From contig CAWIAD010000002.1 in the NCBI GenBank assembly GCA_963833985.1, positions 1,888,001-1,952,000 of the forward strand: DNA of 64,000 nucleotides, written 5' to 3'. A program made the translations under genes and the position numbers. Below, piece after piece: positions 54,562 to 64,000 of this stretch (its first letter is position 1; every line of letters begins with the position of its first letter). The DNA comes from an uncultured Planctomycetaceae bacterium. GTDB lineage: Bacteria; Planctomycetota; Planctomycetia; Isosphaerales; Isosphaeraceae. The notes under the pieces were generated by a model. The model had not been told where the DNA came from, searched no databases, and was given only the letters and a program-made list of their open reading frames with translations.

Positions 54562-54960
54562 ATGGCGCGACGGCAAGTTCCCAGGCCCACCGAGGCCGAG
54601 CTGGCGATCCTGCGGGTGCTCTGGAGCGAAGGGCCGTGTACGGTTCGCAAGGTCCAGGAAATCTTCAGCACCAGGCAGCCGACGGGCTACACGACCGTGC
54701 TCAAGCTGTTGCAGATCATGGTCGAAAAGGGCCTGGCGCTGCGCGATGAGACGGAGCGATCGCACGTCTACCGGGCCAGCCGCAGCGAGGCGCAGACGCA
54801 GAAGCAGCTTGTCGCCGACCTGCTCGAGCGCGCCTTCGGCGGCTCGGCGCTCAAGCTGGTGATAGGGGCCCTGGGCGCCCGCCGCACATCGACACAGGAA
54901 CTATCCGAGATCCGCACCCTGATCGAACGGCTCGAGCGCGAGCGAGGGGAGCAGCCATGA
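54562..54960 (+). CDS. blaI: BlaI/MecI/CopY family transcriptional repressor
   Basis: PTEAELAILRVLW, YTTVLKLLQIMVEKGL and FGGS motifs. Confidence 0.93.
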   Translation: MARRQVPRPTEAELAILRVLWSEGPCTVRKVQEIFSTRQPTGYTTVLKLLQIMVEKGLALRDETERSHVYRASRSEAQTQKQLVADLLERAFGGSALKLVIGALGARRTSTQELSEIRTLIERLERERGEQP

Positions 54961-57900
54961 GTCCAGTCGCAGTCCGGCTTGAACATCCGCTGGTGATCGG
55001 GCTGGGATGGTGTCTCGTCCACTCGGTCTGGGAGTTGACCCTCGTGGCTGTCGTGGCGGCCCTGATGCTGCGTTTGCTACGGCGGAGCTCAGCACAGAGC
55101 CGCTATCTGGCCGGTTGCGCCGCGCTCCTGGTCATGGCGGCCTTGCCGCTCTGCACGCTGAGCCTGACCGCCGCGAACAACTTCCCCCCTCACCAGGCTC
55201 CTTCGGCCGGAGCGCGGGGCGTGGAAGCAGCTTCAGCCCCGGACGGATCGGTAAGCGAGACTGGCAGCCGCGCGCAGCCGGGTGAGCCGCTTCCGGCACG
55301 CCGTCTGCCAGCACGGGCCATGCCGCGTCGCGTGCTGGCGGGCCAGCTCGAACCGTGGATGCCGCTTCTGGTGGCCTCGTGGGGGCTGGGAGTCGTTTTC
55401 CTCTCGCTGCGGCTGCTGGGTGGCTGGCTCTTGCTCCAGGACCTGGCGCGCCGGGGCGCCCGCCCGGTCGCGGAGCACTGGGCCGCGGTCATGGAGCGGC
55501 TCGGCACGCGGCTGCGGTTGCACAGGGCCGTCCGGCTGGTCGAATCAACGCGGGTTCAGGTGCCGATGGTCGTCGGCTGGTGGCGTCCGGTGATCCTGCT
55601 GCCCGCGACGGCATTGACCGGCCTCGCTTCGGATCAGCTCGCACTCATCCTGGGGCATGAGCTGGTCCACATCAGGCGCCATGATTACCTGGTGAACATG
55701 ATGCAGAGCCTCGTCGAGACGCTGCTGTTCTATCATCCCGCCGTCTGGTGGATCGCGGCGCGGATTCGCGAGGAGCGCGAGAACTGCTGCGACGACCAGG
55801 CCGTCGCGCTCTGCGGCGACCGGCTGGAATACGCCCGGGCGCTCGCGACCCTGGAGACCTTGCGGGCGAGCCTCTGGCGGCTTGCCCCCTCGGCGCGGGG
55901 CGGTTCGCTGCTGGCCCGGATCCGCCGCATCGCGGGCATGGAGCCAGCCGAGGAAGCCCCCGCGCGAGGTCTGGCCGGAACGCTCACCCTGACCTCGCTC
56001 GTCGTCCTGGGTCTGTTCCTGCTGGTCTCGCCGGCGGCCGCGCCCGCCCACGCCGCGGGTGCGGAGCAGCGCGAGGTCAGCGGCATGGTCGCTACGCCGG
56101 ATGGCAAGGCCGTCGCCGGTGCCGAGGTGTACCTTGCAATGGCGGAGTTTCCCCCGCCCAGGACGATCGTCCTGGCTCAGGCACGATCCGATTCTTCCGG
56201 GCATTTCCGGCTGGCCTGGGAAGAGAGTTCAGGCCAGGGCCGTTCCCGTGGCTCCCTTGCGGTCTGGGCTTACCGTCCCGGTTCGTGCCCGGCCCGTGCC
56301 ATGTTCCAGGAAGAGTGGGCCGAGACGGGAGTTGATCCGGACCGGCCCATCCCGCTCACGCTCGCTCCCGCGACCACACTTCGGTTCCGGATCCTCGACC
56401 CGGAAGGAAATCCGGCGCCGGGGGTCCGCGTCACGCTGGCGTCGCTCCGCGGTGATCGGGTCTCGGTACCTCGGGAACCGGCGGAGAGGATGGCCGCGGA
56501 GACCGACCAGGACGGGCTTGCCGCGCTGGCCGGTGCACCATCGGAAGAGGTCCTCATGGTGCAGGCGTCGTCCCTCCAGCATGCCACCCAGAACTTCCAG
56601 CGCGAGAACGGATTCCGGGCCGAGAACGAGCTGAAGCTGGTTCCCTCCGCGGCGGTCGAGGGCCGTTTCACGGCCGATGATCCGGCCGCGGTCCGCGGCG
56701 TACGGCTGCTGCTCGAGGCGACGCGCCGGATCGACGAGCAAGCCTGGGTTTCCGCCACGGCCGAAACGGTCAGCGACGATCGGGGACGGTTCTCGGTGCC
56801 CAGGCTGGTGGCCGGGTATGTCTCGTGCGAGGCACTCCTGCCCGAGAGCTCGATCTACCGGCTGGGAGTCGTCCAGAACAGCAACTTCGAGGGCATGAAG
56901 AAGATCGAGCTGAACATCCCGCTGGTGCGCTGGGTCCGCGTGCACGGCCTGGTGCGCGAGCAGGGTACGGGCAAGCCGGTCGAGGGCGTGGGGATCCGCT
57001 TCAGCCACCCTGGGATGTCCGGGCCGATTCCACTTGTCGGACAGAGCGACGCTTCGGGCCGCTTCGAGGCGATCGCCCCGCCCGGCAAGCAGGTGTTCTG
57101 CCATCCTGAGATCCCCAGAGGTTATCTCAAGCTGGCGCGCGGCATTGAGCAGCCCGAGATCACGCGCGACGGGCAGGGCATCCCCGTGATCGAGCTGGTG
57201 CGTGGCGTCGCCCTCCGTGGTGTGGTCGTGGATGAGCTCGGTCAGCCGGTCGCCGGAGCCCGCGTGGTGGGCAAGTGGGACCGGATCGGACAGGGCGTGA
57301 AGGCCCCCAACGGTGCGACCATGTTCATGGCCTCGACTTTCTCGACCACGGCGCGATCGAATGACCGCGGTGACTTCGTGCTCGAAGGGATGCACCCGGG
57401 CGCCAACGTCCAGCTTCAGGCTGAGGCCGGCGAGGCGCGGACCGAGGCACCGGTGGCGGCCGCGTCCGATGCGCCGGCCCCTGTGAAGCTGGTTATCAGC
57501 GGAGCCAACACGGTGACGCTCGAAGGTCGCGTCGTGGATTCGGCGGGGAACGCTGTTCCCGATGTGCTCGTGAAGATCGGCCACGGAGCCATCGACCGGC
57601 CGTCCGGTCCGGCGCCGGGGCAGGCCGATGCCATCTCGGCACGGACCGATGCCAGCGGCCGGTTCAAGACGCCGCGCCGGATCCGCCGCGGGTTTGCCTA
57701 CCGCGCGGAGGTCAAGCCCGACGACCCGGACCTGATGTCCGACAGCTCGCCCTGGCTGGCGCTGCGGACCGGCACGAAGCCCTTGCTCGAGGACGTCGTG
57801 CTGCGACGGCTGAGGACGGTGGCGGGCAAGGTCGTCGATCTTCAGGGTCGACCCCTCTCGGAAGTCACGGTCCGCCAGAGCGGCGACGGACCTGTAGCCA

Positions 57901-59533
57901 CCGAGTCCCGGACCGACGCCGACGGGCAATTCCAGTTGCCCGGCGTGGTCGCCGAGCCAGCCTTCGTGTTCGCCGAGAAGGGCGGCTATCGCTTCACGGG
58001 CCGATCGATCGGAGCTGACGGCAGCCCGGTGACCATCACGCTGGAGCCGGTGGACGGCCCCCGGCCGCCTGCCATGAAGACTCTTCCCCCGGCGATGACC
58101 CGCGAGCAGGAACGCAAGCTCGTGCATTTGCTCTTCGATCCCTACGCCGAGCAGGTGCTCAAGGACAGGACGTCGCCGGACAAGTTTGAGGTCTTCCGGA
58201 TCCTCGTGCTGACCGACCCGGCACGTGCCCGCGCGCTGCTCGATCGTCCAGAGGCTCCGAACGAGCTTCCAGTCGTCGACTTCCGCCGGGGTGAGCTGGC
58301 CCAGGCAGTCTTCAAGGAGCACCCTGAAGAGGCGCTCGACATGATCGCGGCCATCCGCGACCCGAATGCCCGCTCTTCTGCTTACGAGCAGGTCAGTCTG
58401 CTCGTGGACGGCTCAAACCGGGCCAGCAAGCTCCGGCTGCTGAACGAGTCGCTGCTTGCGGGCCGATCGCTGGCGGAGCCTGCCGATCGGGTCCTGCGGC
58501 TGGCGGACCTGGGCCGCCGGTATCTCGACCTGGGAGAAACCGGGCAAGGGACCAGACTGCTCCGCGAGGGTGAGGACGCGGCCCGCAAGCTGCCGACCTC
58601 CGGCTGGCCCGCGTTCGCCCGTGCGAACCTCGCCGAGGAGCTGGCCGTCCTGGACCTGCCCGCGGCACTGGCCTTGCTGAAGGGGACCGAGGAGGAACGA
58701 TCGTACGATCAGTATCTCGGCCGCATCGCGCATCGGCTCGCCGCCAGGGACCCGGCTGCGGCGGAGCGGGTGCTCGCCATGACGCACGAGCACTGGCCCT
58801 ATTCTCGCGACATGTTCATTCAACGCGTCTGTCATCGCATGATGACCGTCGACCCCGAGCGGGCCCTGAGGCTGGCCCGGGGGATGACGAACTACCGCGA
58901 CAAGGCGCGTGCACTGGGAGCCATGGCGCTGGCCGTGAGCGCGAAAAGCAGGGGGAAGCGCTCCGGCTGCTCGAGGAGGCGTTCGGCGGGCTGGAGCAGA
59001 CCGCCGCGGGGAAGAATGACCAGTGGAACGGCCTGAACATGGCCTGCACGGCGGCTGCCGGGCTCTTGCCCGTGGTCGAGCAGGTCGACCCGAGCCTCGT
59101 CCGCGAGTACCTCTGGCGCACTCTGGCCATGCGTCCGCCCCTGCGCTCGGGAGACGCCCGGGACGGCATCCCGCTGGTGGCCGGGACCCGGGTCGCGGCC
59201 ATGGTCGCGCGTTATGACCGCGAGATCGCCCGCCAGATGCTGGAAGGTTTCATCGCCACCGACCTGCGCAAGCATGCCCCGGGGGCAGGCCCGGAGGCCT
59301 CGTACCATCTGAACTCGCTGGTGCGAGCCGCCGCCTTCATCGCACCGCCCCGCGCGGGGGCGTTGATCGCAAGGCTGCCGGAAACGCCTGACGAGTCGGC
59401 GAGGTCATTCAGAAACATCGGTCGTATGGAACTCGCCGCCGTGCTGGCCACCCCTCCCGGCGAGGAGCGCTGGCGGCTTCTGGAACGGTCGTTCCTGCAC
59501 GTCTGGCGGATCGGCTCGGAGGAGGACCACTGA
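54957..59533 (+). CDS. BlaR1-like M56 metallopeptidase with carboxypeptidase-regulatory-like repeats and a helical C-terminus; frameshift near 58945
   Basis: HELVHIRRHD, FYHPAVWW and ERENCCD motifs; repeated GxVVD.xGxPV / TDxxGxF beta domains; ATGA overlap with blaI. Confidence 0.88.
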
Positions 59534-59571
59534 CCGTTTCACCCTCCCGGTCAACCCAGTTCCGGTGGGGG

Positions 59572-60279
59572 TCAGCGGCTTGATCCCCACAGTTCAATCA
59601 TCTGAGCCGCGAGAGTCGGCAGGTCGGGTGCAACGACATGGGGTTGCGGCAGGCCAGGCACCAGCAGCGGTGCATTCCCTGGCCGCGTGAGGAGGCCGGC
59701 GAAGAACCCGGCGCTCTGCGCTCCGAGCGTGTCCCAGACGTGGGCGGCGATCATGCAGCAGGCAGCACGCGGCACGTTCAGCTCCTCGGCCACCATGCGG
59801 TAGACCACGGACGCGGGCTTGAAGCTGCGGGCCGCGGCGATGGTGAACTGTCGCTCGAAATGCGCGGCCAGGCCAGCGCGCTCCAGCGGGCTCTGCCCCT
59901 GCGGGTTGGGTGGCGAGTTGGTCAGCGTGACCATGCGGAATCCCGATTGCTTCAGCGTCTTGAGCCCCTCCTCCACGTCGGCATGGGCGGGCATAGTGAG
60001 CAAGGCCTCCCGCAGCGCGTGGAGGTCGGCTGCCTGGACGCCGGCCCCGTGCACGGCACCGAGCATCTCGAAGAGTCCCTGCCCCAGCGAGAAGAAGTCC
60101 CTGTAGAAGCCAGACAGTGTGACGGCCATCGAATACAGGACCAGCTGGCCGAACCACTCCCGCAGGACGCGCCTGTCGCCAAAGACGCGCTCGAAGAGCG
60201 GGCTCAACACCTCGATGTCGAGCAGCGTCTCGTTCACGTCGAAGACGAGCACCGAGGGCTTTGCACCGTTCCACTGCAT
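59572..60279 (-). CDS. Haloacid dehalogenase type II
   Basis: FDVNETLLD, LTNS, FKP and AAHVWD motifs. Confidence 0.9.
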   Translation of the reverse strand: MQWNGAKPSVLVFDVNETLLDIEVLSPLFERVFGDRRVLREWFGQLVLYSMAVTLSGFYRDFFSLGQGLFEMLGAVHGAGVQAADLHALREALLTMPAHADVEEGLKTLKQSGFRMVTLTNSPPNPQGQSPLERAGLAAHFERQFTIAAARSFKPASVVYRMVAEELNVPRAACCMIAAHVWDTLGAQSAGFFAGLLTRPGNAPLLVPGLPQPHVVAPDLPTLAAQMIELWGSSR

Positions 60280-60469
60280 ACCGTTGACTCAGCGTGAACG
60301 AAAAGGGGCAAGGGGCTGCGACAGACTTGTTCCCACGCGGAGCCTGAGAACGAGGGACATCCTCTCTCTGCACTCAACCGATCGCTATTTCAACGGCATT
60401 GGCGCAGGAACCCGCCTCGCCACGGCCGAGGCGCCGTGGCCTGAGGCGGGTTCGGTTCGGTCCGCTCAC

Positions 60470-60952
60470 TCACCCCGCGCTGGCGGCGATGTCGTCGGCC
60501 AGGCGCTCGAGGACCTCGCGCGTGAGCTGGCATGACGCACGCCGGCGCTCGCGCGTGGCGTCATCGACGACAAAGCGTTCCATGCGCAGCAGTCCCTGCT
60601 TGTAGAGCCGGACCTCGTAAAACCCGCGCTGGTCGGCACGAACGGTTGGCGACTGGCTGCGCACCTGGACCTCGCCGCCCCCGGAGTCGACCTCCAGGAC
60701 CTTGAGCGGTTCCAGCAGGTAGGTCACACGCGCGGCCAGGCGCTCGCCCCAGGCGGTGAGCGCCGTCGACGTCCAGTCGGTCCGGTCGGTGGTGACGAAC
60801 TCAAGGCTGTCGAACGCCACGCCAACACTATCGAGGGCCGTCAGGTTGAGGGTGATCCGGTTCGGGGCGTCCTCGACGGTGACGGAGCAGGGCATGTCGT
60901 ATGCGCGCGTGTTTTCATCAAGCGCGACGGCGATCTTTTTGCTCGGATTCAT
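60470..60952 (-). CDS. Conserved hypothetical protein
   Basis: Coherent ORF (RVTYLLEPLKVLEVD...QVRSQSP...FYE) with a GGAGG RBS; overlaps the spoVR 3' end. Confidence 0.75.
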   Translation of the reverse strand: MNPSKKIAVALDENTRAYDMPCSVTVEDAPNRITLNLTALDSVGVAFDSLEFVTTDRTDWTSTALTAWGERLAARVTYLLEPLKVLEVDSGGGEVQVRSQSPTVRADQRGFYEVRLYKQGLLRMERFVVDDATRERRRASCQLTREVLERLADDIAASAG

Positions 60953-62471
60953 GAGATGAGCCTCCCAACGGGCGGATTGAATGATCGGTTCCATCGAATG
61001 ACAACAGCGTGGGCCGCCCATCGGCGACCGTCTCGATGTGCACGGGACGGGTCCAGAGGCGGTGGAGATGACGGAGAGTGTCCTGGGCGTAGTCGAGCTT
61101 GAGGTCGACGCCAAAGTGTTCGTGGTGAAGGTAAAGCTCGCCGCGGTTGCGGTGGTTGCCGTCCTTCACCCGGATGATCGGCTGGCCGAAATTGGTGAGG
61201 TTGAACAGCAGCCGCTCCTTGATCTTCTTGAACTCCCGGCTCTCGATCTCGTAGGTATCGTTCTGGTCGTTGTGCTTGTAACTGAAAAGCTGGTGCCGGC
61301 GGCAGAAGTCAACGGTGAGGAACGTGTCGATGAAGGTGACGTCATTATGGATGCGGCGGACCTCGAAGATCTTCTGCCGCCCCAGGCCCAGCGCCTTGTC
61401 CCACTTGCGGCGCACCTCGTAATTATCGCACTCCTCCCACTCCGACCCGAACTGCCCCTTGTTCCAGCGCTCTTCGATATCGCGCAGCAGCTCGATGCCC
61501 AGCTTGTAGGGGTTGAGGCGGCCGGGCTGGGTGGCCATGGTACCCGAATGATGGTCGGCGTAATCCACCAGCTCCGAGGGATGGAGGATCTTCTGGGTCA
61601 TGATCGTTGAATGCCAGAACGAGGCCCAGCCCTCGTTCATGATCTTGGTCTGGCCCTGGGGAGCGAAGTAATACGCTTCTTCGCGGATGATCGCCAGCAC
61701 GTCGTGCTGCCACGATTTCAGCGGAGCGTGCTCGAGCAGAAACAGGAGCACATCACGTTCCGGCTGCTCGGGAAATGACTGGGGCTTGCCTTTTTCTCGC
61801 TCCGATTCCCGCTTGCGCGCCTCCTCCTTGAGGATCTCGGGAGGGTTGATGAACGAATCCATGTACCCCTTGCTCTGGAACTTGGAGCCGGGCTCCTTGT
61901 CCTCGTCCTCGGGGGAGAAATTGTAGCGGTTGATGGCGTCCCGGCGCTTGATGTGGGGCGAGTAGATGTCGATCAGGTTCTCCAGCGACAGGCAGCTATC
62001 GATGAAGCCCTCGACGGTGTCCTCGCCGTGCCGCTCCATGTACGAGCGGATGCGGCTGCCGTGGTTGGCCGTCTCGTCCATCATCTTGCGGTTCGTCTGG
62101 CTGAACCAGATGTTGTTCTTGAAGAAGTCGTTATGGCCGTAGACATGGGCCATGACCAGCTTCTGATCGACGAGCTGGTTGCAGCGCAGCAGGTAGGCGT
62201 AGCAGGGATCGTTGTTGATCACCATCTCGTAAATCTTTTGCAGCCCGTAGCGATAGCCCTTGGAGAGCTGCTGGTACTCCATGCCGAACCGCCAGTGCGG
62301 GTAGCGGGTCGGGAAGCCTCCCATCGCGGCAATCTCGGAGATCTCGTCGTAATCGAGGACCTCGAAGATGCAGTCGTAGAAATCCAGCCCATAGGTGCGG
62401 GCATGGTCTTCGGTCTCGAGCTGGATGGCTCGCAGGTCCGCCGGTAAGTTATGGGTGTTGACGGTCGACAT
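60918..62471 (-). CDS. spoVR: SpoVR family protein
   Basis: RYPHWRFG, YEMVINNDPCYAYL, HVYGHNDFF, TKIMNEGWAS and NPYKLG motifs. Confidence 0.95.
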   Translation of the reverse strand: MSTVNTHNLPADLRAIQLETEDHARTYGLDFYDCIFEVLDYDEISEIAAMGGFPTRYPHWRFGMEYQQLSKGYRYGLQKIYEMVINNDPCYAYLLRCNQLVDQKLVMAHVYGHNDFFKNNIWFSQTNRKMMDETANHGSRIRSYMERHGEDTVEGFIDSCLSLENLIDIYSPHIKRRDAINRYNFSPEDEDKEPGSKFQSKGYMDSFINPPEILKEEARKRESEREKGKPQSFPEQPERDVLLFLLEHAPLKSWQHDVLAIIREEAYYFAPQGQTKIMNEGWASFWHSTIMTQKILHPSELVDYADHHSGTMATQPGRLNPYKLGIELLRDIEERWNKGQFGSEWEECDNYEVRRKWDKALGLGRQKIFEVRRIHNDVTFIDTFLTVDFCRRHQLFSYKHNDQNDTYEIESREFKKIKERLLFNLTNFGQPIIRVKDGNHRNRGELYLHHEHFGVDLKLDYAQDTLRHLHRLWTRPVHIETVADGRPTLLSFDGTDHSIRPLGGSSHESEQKDRRRA

Positions 62472-62499
62472 GATCCTCGTCTCGAAAAGACAGCGTTCA

Positions 62500-63228
62500 T
62501 CAATTCACGGATTCTGGTCCGTCAATCTGGTCTGTCGCGGCCGGCGCCGGCGTCTTCTGCTCCTGGAGCCGCGGAGCAAGCACCTTCGCAACCCAGCGGC
62601 GAATCTCTTTCGTCCATTCCGTCAGCGGCATGGACCAGGGCATGTGGACCCAGCGCGAGATGTCGGCAATGCTGAGCATGGGAAGCACCGTGCTGCGCTC
62701 GGCCTCGGCGTAGCGTCGATGTTCTTGCAGGACCAGGATCTTCAGCTCGTCCTGGCCGCACACCCAGACCTCGGGAACCCTGAAGCGCCGATAAACCTCG
62801 ATCGCGGCATCGGCATCATGAGTCCAGACGACCTCGACGGCCAGGTCCGGCGGCGGATCGACCCGGAGGTCCAGCACGGTCTTGTTGCGGATCTTCGCTT
62901 CATTGGCCAGGTAAAACGTCAGGTCGCCCTCGACTCCGCCCTTCTTCGCCTTGCGGCGGAACGTGGTCGAGCCGGAGGCGGTGCAGGGCACGTCCAGTCC
63001 GACGACGACCTCCGCGATCAGGCGGTCCAGTCGTACCTTGAGAGACTCGTGCGGAAACGCGGGTGACATGAGGTACAGGGTCCCGTCGCGGTAGACCATG
63101 CGCGGCTGCCGGCGCTCGTCCCGCAGCTTCAGGAGCCTCGCGTACCCCTTCCAGCCGACATCGGGGAAGACGACGCACTGGTCGGCGTCAGTCTCGATCG
63201 CAGATTCGGGTGTTGTGATGGTCGCCAT
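62500..63228 (-). CDS. Uma2 (DUF820) family PD-(D/E)XK endonuclease, copy 1
   Basis: MSP..H, GSTTFRR, EGD, PPDLAVEV, Y...VPEVW. Confidence 0.9.
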   Translation of the reverse strand: MATITTPESAIETDADQCVVFPDVGWKGYARLLKLRDERRQPRMVYRDGTLYLMSPAFPHESLKVRLDRLIAEVVVGLDVPCTASGSTTFRRKAKKGGVEGDLTFYLANEAKIRNKTVLDLRVDPPPDLAVEVVWTHDADAAIEVYRRFRVPEVWVCGQDELKILVLQEHRRYAEAERSTVLPMLSIADISRWVHMPWSMPLTEWTKEIRRWVAKVLAPRLQEQKTPAPAATDQIDGPESVN

Positions 63229-63240
63229 GCCGCTCTCCCC

Positions 63241-63930
63241 TCACTCTGGAATCGCCTGGTTTTCCTGCCGGCGCGGAGCAAGGACCTCCGCGACCCAGCG
63301 GCGAAGGGCCTTGATCCATTCTAGCTGCGGCATGGGCCAGGGCATGTGAACCCAGCGCGAGATCTCGGCAACGCCGAGCATGGGCAGCACCGTGCTGCGC
63401 TCGGCCTCGGCGTAGCGACGACCTTCTTGCAGGACCAGGATCTTCAGCTCGTCCTGGCCGCACACCCAGACCTCGGGAACCTTGAAGCGCCGATAAACCT
63501 CGATCGCGGCATCGGCGTCATGAGTCCAGACGACCTCGACGGCCAGGTCCGGCGGCGGATCGACGCGGAGATCGAGCGCGGTCCTGTTGCGGATCTTCGC
63601 TTCACTGGCCAGGTAATACGTCAGGTCGCCCTCGACTCCGCCCTTCTTCGCCTTGCGGCGGAACGTGGTCGAGCCGGCGGGCCTGAAGGGAAGGTCAAGC
63701 CCGACCACAACCTCCGTGATGATGCTGCCGAGCCGCTCCTTGAGAAACTCATGCGGAAACGCGGGTGACATGAGGTACAGGGTCCCGTCGCGGTAGACCA
63801 TGCGCGGCTGCCGGCGCTCGCCCCGCAGCTTCAGGAGCGTCGCGTACCCCTTCCAGCCGACGTCGGGGAAGACGACGCGCTGGTCGGCGCCGGCGTCCGT
63901 CGTACGTTCGGGTGTTGTGATGGTCGCCAT
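63241..63930 (-). CDS. Uma2 (DUF820) family endonuclease, copy 2
   Basis: Same motifs; close paralog of copy 1 at a 702-bp offset. Confidence 0.9.
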   Translation of the reverse strand: MATITTPERTTDAGADQRVVFPDVGWKGYATLLKLRGERRQPRMVYRDGTLYLMSPAFPHEFLKERLGSIITEVVVGLDLPFRPAGSTTFRRKAKKGGVEGDLTYYLASEAKIRNRTALDLRVDPPPDLAVEVVWTHDADAAIEVYRRFKVPEVWVCGQDELKILVLQEGRRYAEAERSTVLPMLGVAEISRWVHMPWPMPQLEWIKALRRWVAEVLAPRRQENQAIPE

Positions 63931-63942
63931 GCCGCCCTCCTC

Positions 63943-64000
63943 TCACTCTGGAATCGCCTGGTTTTCCTGGTATCGCGGAGCAAGGACCTCCGCGACCCAG
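63943..64000 (-). CDS. Uma2 family endonuclease, copy 3 (3' end only)
   Basis: Reads WVAEVLAPRYQENQAIPE*; its stop lies exactly 702 bp from the copy 2 stop. Confidence 0.85.
   Translation of the reverse strand, partial: WVAEVLAPRYQENQAIPE

Noticed and set aside
1580..58950. Many frameshifted genes read as programmed frameshifting, phase variation or mass pseudogenisation
   Set aside because: These are single-base indels, mostly at short homopolymers or GC runs. They hit core genes (tkt, pfp) whose halves are otherwise intact, and share no slippery motif. Long-read consensus error is the simplest explanation; read polishing would confirm it.
62500..64000. Uma2 repeats as a DGR template/variable pair or an assembly duplication
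   Set aside because: There is no reverse transcriptase in the window, the differences are not adenine-specific, and the copies differ by many in-frame substitutions, unlike an assembly artefact.

Overview
High-GC chromosomal segment from a planctomycete, probably Isosphaeraceae-like. The evidence is a LExLxxRxLL N-terminal motif, a DUF1559 gene, a YTV-type repeat protein, an ECF sigma/Ser-Thr kinase pair and a BlaI/M56 pair. It is mostly ordinary metabolism and envelope genes: S8 protease, SDR, ABC transporters, GT9, ExbB/TPR, transketolase, PPi-type phosphofructokinase, GH29 fucosidase, two HADs and SpoVR. About 13 genes, including tkt and pfp, carry single-base frameshifts that look like long-read indel errors. 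The points of most interest are: (1) two different IS4-family elements, each sitting in the centre of a REP-like palindrome; (2) an accessory stretch at about 11.7-18.8 kb with an RHS-like relic, an orphan gene, a degenerate receiver and a kinase-TPR gene; (3) a convergent pair of secreted repeat proteins, one with 13-aa Lys-Ser/Thr-Tyr-Pro repeats and one with two 28-aa-period YTV/VPV blocks; (4) a translationally coupled HSP90-paralog/TPR pair; (5) a tandem array of at least 3 Uma2 nuclease genes with a 702-bp period and clustered variation. I saw no rRNA, tRNA or CRISPR array. All family calls come from motif recognition, not database searches.
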